Below, piece after piece: positions 1 to 8,128 of a DNA stretch of 32,280 nt; the first letter of the stretch is position 1; every line of letters starts with the position of its first letter. The DNA comes from Candidatus Hydrogenedentota bacterium (lineage in GTDB: Bacteria > Hydrogenedentota > Hydrogenedentia > Hydrogenedentales > SLHB01). The position numbers and the translations under genes were made by a program. Under the pieces are notes generated by a model, which saw only the letters and a list, made by a program, of their open reading frames with translations, was not told the origin of the DNA and searched no databases. The stretch is from positions 1-32,280 of the forward strand of contig JAWODE010000147.1 in assembly GCA_046483455.1 (NCBI GenBank), in the 5' to 3' direction.

Positions 1-63
1 CCTTGCACGCCTACCGCGAAGCAAAAATACACCTGGCAAATAACACCCAACGCGCCGCCCCGG

Positions 64-1194
64 TTGCCGCACCCGCAACCGATGAACGGTAAGTGGCAGG
101 ACATGAAACTCAATATGGCGACGACATCTACGAACACCACCGGTGTTCCACTCACGGAAGCCGCGATTCTGGATTGGCTCCGCGAGGAGGACCCCGCGCG
201 CTTGGAAGAATTGTGGACTCGGGCTGATGCCGTGCGCAAAGAACACGTTGGGGACGAGGTGCATCTCAGAGGATTGCTTGAAATCTCGAACTACTGCATC
301 CGCCGCTGTGGTTATTGTGGTTTGCGCACCGACAACCGCCGTCTCGAACGCTATCGGATGACCGAGTCCGAAATTATGGCCTGCGCAGCCAAGGCGGTCG
401 GCTACGGGTACGGCACCGTGGTCATGCAATCGGGCGAAGATTACGGCATTGAAATGGACTGGCTCGCCAAGATCATCCGGCGCATCAAGACGGAAACCCC
501 GCTTGCCGTCACATTAAGCATGGGCGAAAGGCCCGCCGAAGATCTCGAAGCATGGCGTGAAGCAGGGGCCAATCGCTATCTCCTCCGTTTCGAAACCTCG
601 AACCGCAACCTGTACCGCATGATCCACCCCGACGCCCGGGGCAAGATATCCGACCGCATGGCAATCCTCGAACGGCTGCGCAAACTCGGTTACGAAACCG
701 GCAGCGGCGTAATGATAGGCCTTCCCGGCCAAGATTACTCGAGCCTCGCCCATGATATCCACACCTTTCGGACCCTCGATCTGGACATGGTCGGCGTCGG
801 ACCGTATATTGGACATCCGGAAACACCCTTGGGCAAAGGGGAATGGAGCGCACGCCTCCCGGAAGGCGCCCAAGTCCCGAATACGGAGCTAATGACGTAC
901 AAGGTGGTAGCATTAACGCGCATCGTTTGTCCGGAAGCGAATATTCCAAGCACAACAGCGCTGGCTACCCTGAACCGTACGGACGGCCGCGAATTGGGTT
1001 TGGCGCGGGGAGCAAATGTTATCATGCCAAACATCACCCCCCTCCATTACCGCAGCCGCTATGAAATCTATCCCGCCAAAGTCTGCGTCGAAGAAAGTTC
1101 CCCGGCATTTTACGAAGGGATACAGGACCGCATTCGGTCTGTAGGACGTAGACCGGGAGAAGGGCAGGGAGACCGTATCCGCCGCAATACATAA
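64..1194 (+). CDS. hydE: HydE-family radical SAM enzyme ([FeFe]-hydrogenase maturase HydE-like; BioB/PylB-related)
   Basis: CX3CX2C motif in SNYCIRRCGYCGLR. HydE-like blocks VVMQSGED, VTLSMGE, GANRYLLRFETSN and MIGLPGQ. The track start is TTG at 64; in-frame ATGs at 82, 103 and 115 are alternative starts. Confidence 0.75.
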   Translation: MPHPQPMNGKWQDMKLNMATTSTNTTGVPLTEAAILDWLREEDPARLEELWTRADAVRKEHVGDEVHLRGLLEISNYCIRRCGYCGLRTDNRRLERYRMTESEIMACAAKAVGYGYGTVVMQSGEDYGIEMDWLAKIIRRIKTETPLAVTLSMGERPAEDLEAWREAGANRYLLRFETSNRNLYRMIHPDARGKISDRMAILERLRKLGYETGSGVMIGLPGQDYSSLAHDIHTFRTLDLDMVGVGPYIGHPETPLGKGEWSARLPEGAQVPNTELMTYKVVALTRIVCPEANIPSTTALATLNRTDGRELGLARGANVIMPNITPLHYRSRYEIYPAKVCVEESSPAFYEGIQDRIRSVGRRPGEGQGDRIRRNT

Positions 1195-1213
1195 CGCACG
1201 TTGATTCTGCCGG

Positions 1214-1915
1214 ATGCAGGAGGAGTACGCACTACGTATGGGCCGGTCTAGGGCGAAATACGAACTCGGGCATTCACACCTCGAACGACTGGTTCATTAC
1301 TATCATTTTCTGGGCGAGCGCGCCGACATGGATAAAGAAGCTACGGTGTCCAGCCGGCAACTCGCCGAACTTCTCACCATGGATGATACGCAGGTGCGTA
1401 AGGACTTGGCCGCGATCGGAGTCCGGGGAGTTCCCCGCATCGGATACAACACCGTCGAAGTCATGGAAGCCATTCGCGAGGTTCTGGGATTCGACAAGAT
1501 TTACAAGGCGATCCTGGTTGGCGCCGGGCACCTTGGCGGAGCGCTTGCCGCATACCGGGGTTTTATGAAATATGGCCTGCGCATCGTAGGGGTATTCGAC
1601 AACGACCCCGCGCGGATTGGCACCACCATCGGCGGCCACTTCGTCTACGATACAAAAGAACTCGAGACCGTCATTATGCGGAATGAGGCGCGCCTCGCCA
1701 TTCTGGCCGTTCCCGCGGAAGCCTGCCAGGCCCTCGCCGATCGTCTCGTACGCGCGGGCATCTCGGGCATCTGGAACTTCGGACCAACGACCCTCACCGT
1801 ACCTCCCCACGTAGTCGTTCGCCACGAACACATTGTTGTAGGTCTCGCCGAGCTGGCCTATCACCTTCAACACAACCGCAGCGAAAACACAATCGCCGCT
1901 CAAGAAAAGGAATAG
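1214..1915 (+). CDS. rex: Redox-sensing transcriptional repressor Rex
   Basis: N-terminal winged-helix block (RLVHYYHFL...SSRQLAELL...QVRKDLA) followed by a Rossmann fold (ILVGAGHLGGALA..GFMKYGLRIVGVFDNDP). An alternative ATG at 1238 lies downstream of an AGGAGG. Confidence 0.85.
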   Translation: MQEEYALRMGRSRAKYELGHSHLERLVHYYHFLGERADMDKEATVSSRQLAELLTMDDTQVRKDLAAIGVRGVPRIGYNTVEVMEAIREVLGFDKIYKAILVGAGHLGGALAAYRGFMKYGLRIVGVFDNDPARIGTTIGGHFVYDTKELETVIMRNEARLAILAVPAEACQALADRLVRAGISGIWNFGPTTLTVPPHVVVRHEHIVVGLAELAYHLQHNRSENTIAAQEKE

Positions 1916-1939
1916 CGGCCATTGACTCTCGACTTGACC

Positions 1940-2278
1940 TCAATGATCACATAGATTGTCGCCGGTTTCGAGGGACCCGTCAAGATAGGCTGAAACGGTT
2001 TCCTCGGGCGATACAGGGGGCGCCCCGACAATAACTTGGATTCCCTGTTGAGAGAATAGTCCTTGCGCGCGTCGGCCCATGCCGCCCGCGATAATGACGT
2101 CCGCTCCTTGTTCATGCAACCATCGCGGAAGCACCCCCGGCTCGTGATCCGGCGCTTCAAGATACTGCGTGTCCAAAATCTTCTTACTCGACGGATCAAC
2201 CTCGACTATCGCAAATTGTTTACAGTGCCCAAAATGAGCCGCAAGCTTTCCATTAACCGTTGGGATGGCAAATTTCAT
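1940..2278 (-). CDS. NifX/NifB-C-terminal-like (dinitrogenase Fe-Mo cofactor domain, PF02579-type) small protein
   Basis: MKFAIPTVNGKLAAHFGHCKQFAIVEV...PGVLPRWL..GADVIIAGGMGRRAQGLF..GIQV is the typical architecture of this family. AAGGAA RBS before the ATG. Confidence 0.8.
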   Translation of the reverse strand: MKFAIPTVNGKLAAHFGHCKQFAIVEVDPSSKKILDTQYLEAPDHEPGVLPRWLHEQGADVIIAGGMGRRAQGLFSQQGIQVIVGAPPVSPEETVSAYLDGSLETGDNLCDH

Positions 2279-2495
2279 GTTCAGGTTCCTTTGTCATTTA
2301 GGGTATTCTTCTTAAAGACGTTCAGCGTCCTTCTTCAAACAAGGCACGGAAGTAGCAAATGAGACTTTCACGGAAGAGAGCGTCCCTCCTTTCAAGAGGC
2401 GTTATCCCTCAAGAAAGTAGCCAAATTCGCGGGGATTCGCCAATAAAAAGGTTACTCACTTGTGCACGGTTGCCGCCGCAACAAACAAAAACGCT

Positions 2496-2912
2496 TCAGT
2501 CTATTTGCACCAACTCAACGCTCTTTCCCGCGAGTTTAGCATGTTTTATCTCCCAAAACGCACTGAAGTTCTCTACGAAATACCCCTGTAACTCCGTAAT
2601 ATTCTCAATGCCCGACACAATGGGGCAGATGCGCGTCTGCCGGTTTATGTGCTCAAAATTGGGGCTCATTCGCTTCGCAACTAGGAAGTCTACATCAGGC
2701 CCCAGAAGCGCCACCACCGACTGCCTCTTTTTGCGTGAGCCGTGTACATTCCCTTCGTCGATTTCTTTAGATGGATTCGCGATTTCCCTTTCCAGACGTG
2801 CTTCACCCCCTTCGGATATCTTGTACACTTGAAACTTGTCTGAGTCGCCAAAATGGGTCGGACTTACTGCGACGCCGTCATTTGTTCCAATAGCATAAAT
2901 CAAATCAGACAT
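2496..2912 (-). CDS. NifX/NifB-like Fe-Mo cofactor-domain protein (divergent paralog)
   Basis: IGTNDGVAVSPTHFGDSDKFQVYKI... matches the HFG...F.iY core of the family. It starts 20 nt downstream of the Mrp gene on the same strand. Confidence 0.6.
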   Translation of the reverse strand: MSDLIYAIGTNDGVAVSPTHFGDSDKFQVYKISEGGEARLEREIANPSKEIDEGNVHGSRKKRQSVVALLGPDVDFLVAKRMSPNFEHINRQTRICPIVSGIENITELQGYFVENFSAFWEIKHAKLAGKSVELVQID

Positions 2913-2932
2913 GCCTTTCTCCCAACTGGATA

Positions 2933-3769
2933 CTAAGTCAATAGCGGTTGAATCACGGCAAAAAATGCTTTGGCCGTCTCGCTCTCCGCAAAAGATTTGA
3001 CGAAAGGCTTCCCACTGTCACCCGATGCGACAATCTCCGGGTCAAGTGGAATACGTCCCAGAAATGGCACCCCCATTTCCGAGGCAAGGTTTTCCGCACC
3101 GCCCGTCTTGAACAAGTCAATTTCTTTTCCACAATGCGGGCAAATCAACCCGCTCATGTTCTCGATAATGCCCGCAACAGGAAGGTTGAGATTGCCACAA
3201 AACGAAATGCTCCGGCGCACATCCGCCACGGCAACCTCTTGTGGTGTGCTCACCACAAGAGCGGAAGCCCCTTCGCCCGCCATTTGCGCAACGGACAACG
3301 GTTCATCACCGGTTCCCGGCGGGCAATCGATAACCAGGTAGTCTAAGGGACCCCAGGCAACATCCTTAAGAAACTGTTGAATAACCTTGTACTTCAAAGG
3401 ACCGCGCCAGATGACCGCATCCTTCGCGCTGTTCAGCAACAGTCCGATAGACACCACCGCCAGATTCTCCATCACTTGAATTGGCGCAATGGCCCCGGAG
3501 CTGTCCGGCCCCAGGCGTTTCCCTTCCAAAGCAAGGATTTTGGGAATGCTTGGCCCATGCAGGTCTACATCCAACAGCCCAACTCTTTTTCCCGCCAACG
3601 CCAAAGCCATAGCCAAATTGGCCGCCACCGTACTCTTTCCCACACCGCCCTTGCCGGAAAGCACGAGCAGTTTCTTCGTTATCTGTCCCATGCGCGTCAG
3701 CAGCTCTGTTTCTTCTTGTTGTCGCCGCGAAGCCGCGGCTGCAGGGGTATCTGAGTTCTCTTCCTTCAT
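2933..3769 (-). CDS. Mrp/NBP35/ApbC-family P-loop ATPase (Fe-S cluster carrier)
   Basis: Deviant Walker A LSGKGGVGKSTVAANLA, LVIDCPPGTGDE, the CPHCG cluster-binding CxxC and PFLGRIPLD. Confidence 0.9.
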   Translation of the reverse strand: MKEENSDTPAAAASRRQQEETELLTRMGQITKKLLVLSGKGGVGKSTVAANLAMALALAGKRVGLLDVDLHGPSIPKILALEGKRLGPDSSGAIAPIQVMENLAVVSIGLLLNSAKDAVIWRGPLKYKVIQQFLKDVAWGPLDYLVIDCPPGTGDEPLSVAQMAGEGASALVVSTPQEVAVADVRRSISFCGNLNLPVAGIIENMSGLICPHCGKEIDLFKTGGAENLASEMGVPFLGRIPLDPEIVASGDSGKPFVKSFAESETAKAFFAVIQPLLT

Positions 3770-3798
3770 GGTGAAACGCCTTCCTTTGAATATTCCCG

Positions 3799-4161
3799 TT
3801 ATAAGACAGAGGCGCGATGTTGTTTTGCCAATAATTTGAGACGCCGGACATGCCGCTCGAAAATCGTGAGGGCGGTCTCGAGGTAATGGAGCTGTGTCTT
3901 CAATCCGCTTATCTCGGCTTGTGGTTCAGACGCGGGAGACCTCACCGGCCAACCATTCGCTCCCGCAAATCCGTTGGCGGGATCGTCGGGATTCGCCGGG
4001 AGCTTCAGGGCACAGAACCCCCTCCCCCGCCACTCATAGGGCCGCGGCCACGCGGCCCCGCACCATCAAAGCCAGGCGTGACAAAATCCTCCGTCTATGT
4101 TGCCTATCCAGTCTTTCCATTGAACACAAATCTTGTCTTCATCGTTTTTTTCTTCTCGCAT
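3799..4161 (-). CDS. Candidate DUF5320-like coiled-coil protein interrupted by an in-frame TGA (possible selenoprotein, pseudogene, or a shorter 48-aa ORF 3799-3945)
   Basis: Not in the ORF track. ATG 4161, TGA 4068-4066, TAA 3801-3799, all in one frame. The tail EISGLKTQLHYLETALTIFERHVRRL resembles the tail of the 7273-7677 protein. A GC hairpin at 4058-4039 starts 7 nt after the TGA. The ORF ends 29 nt before the Mrp start. Confidence 0.3.
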
Positions 4162-4211
4162 TTGTAAGGACTTCTCGAAAGAAATTATGAGGCGCCCCTG
4201 ATTCATCCCTC

Positions 4212-4862
4212 TCATGGGGAAAAACCAAACTCGGCGGCAAGTTTACCCGTCGCCTCGATTAACCGTGCGAGATAGTCGTCGCCGAGGTCAATCACATTTC
4301 CACCGCGCACAAAGAGCAAGTTGTTTGTGGCAACAATCACCTGATACTGCTCCGCCATCGTGAGCAAACCCTGGTGAATGTACTCGCAATTTTCCAGATC
4401 TTGGCCCGTCTCCGGACTATCTAGGAGCATTACAGTCTCACTACGGTGCGATTGGCGCCTCAAACTGTCGAGAACGCCCTTGCCATGAGACAGAAACATA
4501 GACCGAACACCTTGAATCATCTCTTCGCGCGTGGAAAACCCCTCTCCCACGAGCGGATTAAGGGTTTCCGTGGTGATGTATTTTGTTTCGTCGTCGCTGG
4601 TTTTCGAGATTTCACAAAAAGAACACGACGCAAGAGCTTTCAGTACCGTCGACTTCCCCGAGCCGTTTGGGCCAATCAATACATTGTACCCAGGCTCAAA
4701 ACGAAGGCGGGCATCGTCAGCTTCCAATTTGCGGATTCTCGATACGTGGTTTACACAGAATTTGACGCTTTGGATCATCTGAAACGGTTTTTGATGGTAT
4801 TCCCCGGACTTAAACAGGGCTCCTAGGGGACCTCTTTTCCAAAAGGAGGACGCAAGGGGCAT
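4212..4862 (-). CDS. Small soluble ABC-type/AAA P-loop ATPase of unknown role
   Basis: Walker A NVLIGPNGSGKST, signature-like LSHGKG, Walker B VMLLDSPETGQD. No transmembrane partner nearby. An alternative ATG at 4778 (MIQSVKF) is possible. Confidence 0.6.
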   Translation of the reverse strand: MPLASSFWKRGPLGALFKSGEYHQKPFQMIQSVKFCVNHVSRIRKLEADDARLRFEPGYNVLIGPNGSGKSTVLKALASCSFCEISKTSDDETKYITTETLNPLVGEGFSTREEMIQGVRSMFLSHGKGVLDSLRRQSHRSETVMLLDSPETGQDLENCEYIHQGLLTMAEQYQVIVATNNLLFVRGGNVIDLGDDYLARLIEATGKLAAEFGFSP

Positions 4863-4981
4863 GCCAAAACGGGAAAACCTTTGCGTTTGCCCTTTATCTG
4901 GCGGTTATACGCCCTTTTCGGAAAGAATCGCACGCGCAAATCGGCCCCCGGCACGATACAGCTCGCCCACCCAATCATGCG

Positions 4982-6358
4982 TTATGCAATATTGTTTCGC
5001 CGGCCGCGGCCGTCCGTGTCTGGCGCACTAATCCCGAGAGCCCGGATTTTGCGGTACAGCGTGCTTACATTAATTCCAAGATCTTGGGCAACTTGCTTGC
5101 GGTTTCCATTACGTCGGCGCAAGGCTTCCTCGATAAGAAAGCGTTCCATGGCCTCGAGGCTCATAGGACGGGCCTCCTCATGCTCAACGTGGGAGGCGGA
5201 TGCCCGCAATTCCGGCGGAAGGTGATTCAGCTCTATCAACCCGCCCCGGCACAGCACGAAGGCCTGCTCGATGATATTCTCGAGTTCTCGCACATTGCCG
5301 GGATAATCGTATTCCATAAGACGGGCCATAACGTTATCGGAAACGCCGGCAATACCCTTCCCCTGCAACTGGTTATATTTGGCGATGAGCCTGTTCACCA
5401 GCAGAGGGATGTCTTCGCGCCGCTGCTTCAGCTCGGGCAGCTTCAAATAAACAACCCGAATGCGGTAATACAAGTCATCACGAAATTTCCCTGCCCGAAC
5501 AAGCGCTTTAAGGTCCTGATTGGTGGCCGCAACGACGCGCACGTCCACAGGAGTACTTTTGACGCCCCCTAGAGGCTCGATGCGGCGTTCCTGCAGAACT
5601 CGCAACAAGCGTACCTGCATGGCGGGCGATATATCGCCGACTTCATCGAGAAAGATGGTGCCGCCATTGGCCAGCTCGAAACGCCCCGGTTTGTCGCGCT
5701 TTGCGTCCGTAAAAGCTCCGGCTTTATGACCGAACAGCTCGCTTTCCAGCAACGTGTCAGGCAAAGCAGCACAATTGACCGCCACAAAAGGCTTCTCTTT
5801 GCGGGGCGAAAGATTATGGATGGCGCGTGCAAATAATTCCTTGCCGGTCCCACTCGCTCCCTCGATAAGCACCGTGCTGCTACTGGCGGAAATTTGCGGC
5901 AAAATCTCGAAAAGCCGCAACATCACGGGACTGCGCCCAACGATGTCCTCGAACGTGTAGCGATTCTCCAATTTTTTCTGAAGCTGTTCAATCTGCCGCA
6001 GGTCCTGAAATGTTTCAACTCCCCCTATGATCGCCCCCGTTTCATTTTGAAGCAAAGCGGTAGAGATGCGTATTGGAATACGTTCTCCTTCGTAATTTAC
6101 GATGTGGGCCATCGCATTCACCACGGGTCTTCCTTCGGCCATGGTTCGCCTGAGGGCACAATTCGACTCACAGATACTGGCATGAAACACATCGCAACAC
6201 GGATTTCCGATAGCTTGCTCCCGCGATACTCCAGTAATATGCTCGGCCGCGCTGTTAAACGACGTAATCCGCCATTCTCGATCAACCGTAAACACACCTT
6301 CGTTGATCGAATCGAGAATGGTGCATTCGCGTTCTGTTGCCTGATTCGATATAGTCAT
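4982..6358 (-). CDS. Sigma-54-dependent transcriptional activator (PAS sensor + AAA+ + Fis-type HTH; no receiver domain)
   Basis: PAS block (ILDSINEGVFTVDREWRITSFNSAAEHITG), Walker A GASGTGKE, ESELFGH, the GAFTDA sigma-54 contact motif, and the C-terminal HTH NVSTLYRKIRALGI. The ATG at 6358 (MTISNQ) is preferred over the track TTG at 6397. Confidence 0.9.
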   Translation of the reverse strand: MTISNQATERECTILDSINEGVFTVDREWRITSFNSAAEHITGVSREQAIGNPCCDVFHASICESNCALRRTMAEGRPVVNAMAHIVNYEGERIPIRISTALLQNETGAIIGGVETFQDLRQIEQLQKKLENRYTFEDIVGRSPVMLRLFEILPQISASSSTVLIEGASGTGKELFARAIHNLSPRKEKPFVAVNCAALPDTLLESELFGHKAGAFTDAKRDKPGRFELANGGTIFLDEVGDISPAMQVRLLRVLQERRIEPLGGVKSTPVDVRVVAATNQDLKALVRAGKFRDDLYYRIRVVYLKLPELKQRREDIPLLVNRLIAKYNQLQGKGIAGVSDNVMARLMEYDYPGNVRELENIIEQAFVLCRGGLIELNHLPPELRASASHVEHEEARPMSLEAMERFLIEEALRRRNGNRKQVAQDLGINVSTLYRKIRALGISAPDTDGRGRRNNIA

Positions 6359-6513
6359 ATCCGCCTCTTCAAAGAAAGCTAGCACATATTCACGCAAAAT
6401 GCAATCTTATCAGCAGGCAAAAACATTAATTTTGCACGATTATTGAACGAATTCGCTCCCCCTTGCCCCTCAGAACTCGTTGGAATTACAGAAGTTAGTA
6501 CAAAATGCCGGCT

Positions 6514-6529
6514 TGGCACAGTTTTTGAT
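6514..6529 (+). promoter_or_regulatory. Sigma-54-like -24/-12 promoter element (TGGCACAGTTTTTGAT)
   Basis: TGGCAC with correct spacing to TTGA (consensus TTGC, so one mismatch at the -12 C). It sits in the divergent intergenic region next to a sigma-54 activator gene. Caveat: the predicted start site would leave only about 5 nt of leader before ATG 6544. Confidence 0.4.
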
Positions 6530-6543
6530 ACATTCTTAATGGA

Positions 6544-6927
6544 ATGAAAGTCGCAATACCAGAGTGGCAAGGCCGGGTTTCTCCCGTTTTCGACGTGGCG
6601 GCTCAACTACTGATAGCCCAAGTTGAAAACGGCCAAGTGAACGAACAGTACACAATTGGGTTAAACACGAGAGACCTTCACGCGCGAGCGCGGCAAGTGG
6701 CCGAGTTGGGGATCGACGTGCTGATATGCGGCGCAATATCGTGGCCCCTCGAACTTGCGCTTGTCAACGCCGGCGTGGAGGTTGTCCCCCAGACCTGCGG
6801 GGATGTCCAGCACGTCCTCGCAACGTTTCTGGCGGGCCAGCTCGGCCAGAATGCGTTTCTCATGCCCGGCTGCTGCGGTCGGCGCCGCCGTTTTCGCGCA
6901 CAGCGCCGTCGTGGTCGGCCGGTATGA
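6544..6927 (+). CDS. NifX/NifB-like Fe-Mo cofactor-domain protein with Cys/Arg-rich tail
   Basis: MKVAIPEWQGRVSPVFDVA...GIDVLICGAIS...GVEVV follows the family layout. The C-terminal tail is PGCCGRRRRFRAQRRRGR. Confidence 0.65.
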   Translation: MKVAIPEWQGRVSPVFDVAAQLLIAQVENGQVNEQYTIGLNTRDLHARARQVAELGIDVLICGAISWPLELALVNAGVEVVPQTCGDVQHVLATFLAGQLGQNAFLMPGCCGRRRRFRAQRRRGRPV

Positions 6928-6992
6928 GAGGTGCCCGGTATCTTGACATGCATAGTGCTAACTAACACAAGCCCATGAAAAAGGAGGTTGTT

Positions 6993-7214
6993 ATGCCCCG
7001 AGGAGATGGAACAGGACCGCCGAGAGGCGGGCGTGGGCAAGGCCGGGGGCAGGGACGCGGACAAGGGCGCGGTAGAATGGGCGGCCCTTTTGCGGCCGGA
7101 CCCGGCGGACAGTGTGTGTGTCCGAAATGTGGCCAGACAGCGCCACACAGCGTTAGCCAGCCCTGCAACCAACAAACTTGTCCTAACTGCGGCACACCAA
7201 TGACACGTGCTTAG
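6993..7214 (+). CDS. DUF5320-type N-terminus (MPRGDGTGP) + RGQG repeats + C-terminal zinc ribbon
   Basis: AGGAGG lies 5 nt before ATG 6993. The protein starts MPRGDGTGPPRGGRGQGRGQGRGQGRGR, followed by CPKCG...CPNCG. Confidence 0.7.
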   Translation: MPRGDGTGPPRGGRGQGRGQGRGQGRGRMGGPFAAGPGGQCVCPKCGQTAPHSVSQPCNQQTCPNCGTPMTRA

Positions 7215-7272
7215 ATACAAGTGAAAACATGCAAACAAGCGGCTTAAACCGCTAGAAGAAAGGAGATTGATT

Positions 7273-7677
7273 ATGCCAGGTGGAGATGGAACAGGCCCGG
7301 CTGGAATGGGCCCAATGACGGGCCGCGCAGCAGGATATTGCGCGGGATATGCAGCGCCAGGCTTTGCAAACCCGGTTCCCGGACGTGGCTTCTGGGGTTG
7401 GGGCCGCGGTGGCGGCTGGGGCCGTGGTGGCGGCGGCTGGGGCCGGCGTAACTGGTTCTACGCAACCGGCCTGACGGGCTGGCAACGCGCCGGCTATGGG
7501 TACCCGATGGGAGGCACCACACCGTACGCAGCCCCCTACGCAACGCCATACGCCCCCCCTGTTTCTCAGGAGCAGGAAGTGGACATGCTCAAAGGCCAAG
7601 CCGAATACTTCGAGGACGCCCTGGCCGGGATAAAAAAGCGTCTCGAAGAACTCGAAAGCAAAGCCAAAGAAACCTGA
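7273..7677 (+). CDS. DUF5320 family protein (Gly/Arg/Trp-rich centre, C-terminal coiled coil)
   Basis: AAAGGAG RBS. N-terminus MPGGDGTGPAGMGPMTGRAAGYCAGY, a GRGFWGWGRGGGWGRGGGGWGRRNW centre, and the tail QEQEVDMLKGQAEYFEDALAGIKKRLEELE. Confidence 0.8.
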   Translation: MPGGDGTGPAGMGPMTGRAAGYCAGYAAPGFANPVPGRGFWGWGRGGGWGRGGGGWGRRNWFYATGLTGWQRAGYGYPMGGTTPYAAPYATPYAPPVSQEQEVDMLKGQAEYFEDALAGIKKRLEELESKAKET

Positions 7678-7691
7678 TCCTCACCCGAAAC

Positions 7692-7723
7692 GGAGGGCCG
7701 AAGCGTTTTGCGCTCGGCCCTCC
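7692..7723 (+). promoter_or_regulatory. Very stable intra-operon stem-loop without a U-tract
   Basis: GGAGGGCCGA(A)GCG-UUUUG-CGC-UCGGCCCUCC gives 13 bp with one bulge. It starts 15 nt after the DUF5320 stop codon and is followed by CTACACGGG, with no T run. Confidence 0.6.
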
Positions 7724-7748
7724 CTACACGGGAAGAAAGGATGGTACG

Positions 7749-7949
7749 ATGCCCCTCTTCAAGTATCGGTGTACCAAATGCGGAAATATCATTGAGGTCC
7801 TCGAAAAAGTTAACGCCCAAGGTCGGCACACGTGCGAGAAGTGCGGCAACCGTCGCATGGAGAAAATGATGTCGGCATTCAGCGTTGGTGCCGGGAATCA
7901 AGGCGGTACAGGAAGTTCCTGTCCGACGGGGACCTGTCCGCTATCGTAA
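7749..7949 (+). CDS. FmdB-family zinc-ribbon protein (CxxC-CxxC-SSSS type)
   Basis: MPLFKYRCTKCGNIIEV....HTCEKCG... and the tail GSSCPTGTCP. GAAAGGA RBS. Confidence 0.8.
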   Translation: MPLFKYRCTKCGNIIEVLEKVNAQGRHTCEKCGNRRMEKMMSAFSVGAGNQGGTGSSCPTGTCPLS

Positions 7950-8128
7950 CACGACGTTCCGCGGGTATTAACTCGGGCCTGCACTTTATAAAGCCTGCAG
8001 TAGCTCACATGTCTGAAATCAGGGGTAGGTAGTAGCGGTTTTTTGTGCAAGCTCTAAACGCATCTCAGAATTTTCAAAGAAAAACATTGGGAAAGCACAA
8101 ACCTTACTTACTTGAGGAGAGATCGTTT

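Noticed and set aside
4016-4037. Alternative reading of the 3799-4161 locus: ATG at 4037 joined to the coiled-coil frame by a frameshift in the GGGGGAGGGGG run
   Set aside because: This needs an extra G that is not in the sequence as given. I first misread the run this way and corrected it on recount. It is kept only as a sequencing-error scenario to check in the reads.
7027-7077. Tandem-looking DNA repeat (GGNCGNGGNCAR units) considered as a VNTR or CRISPR-like repeat
   Set aside because: It is the coding sequence of the GRGQ peptide repeat. The units are degenerate at the DNA level and there is no repeat-spacer architecture.
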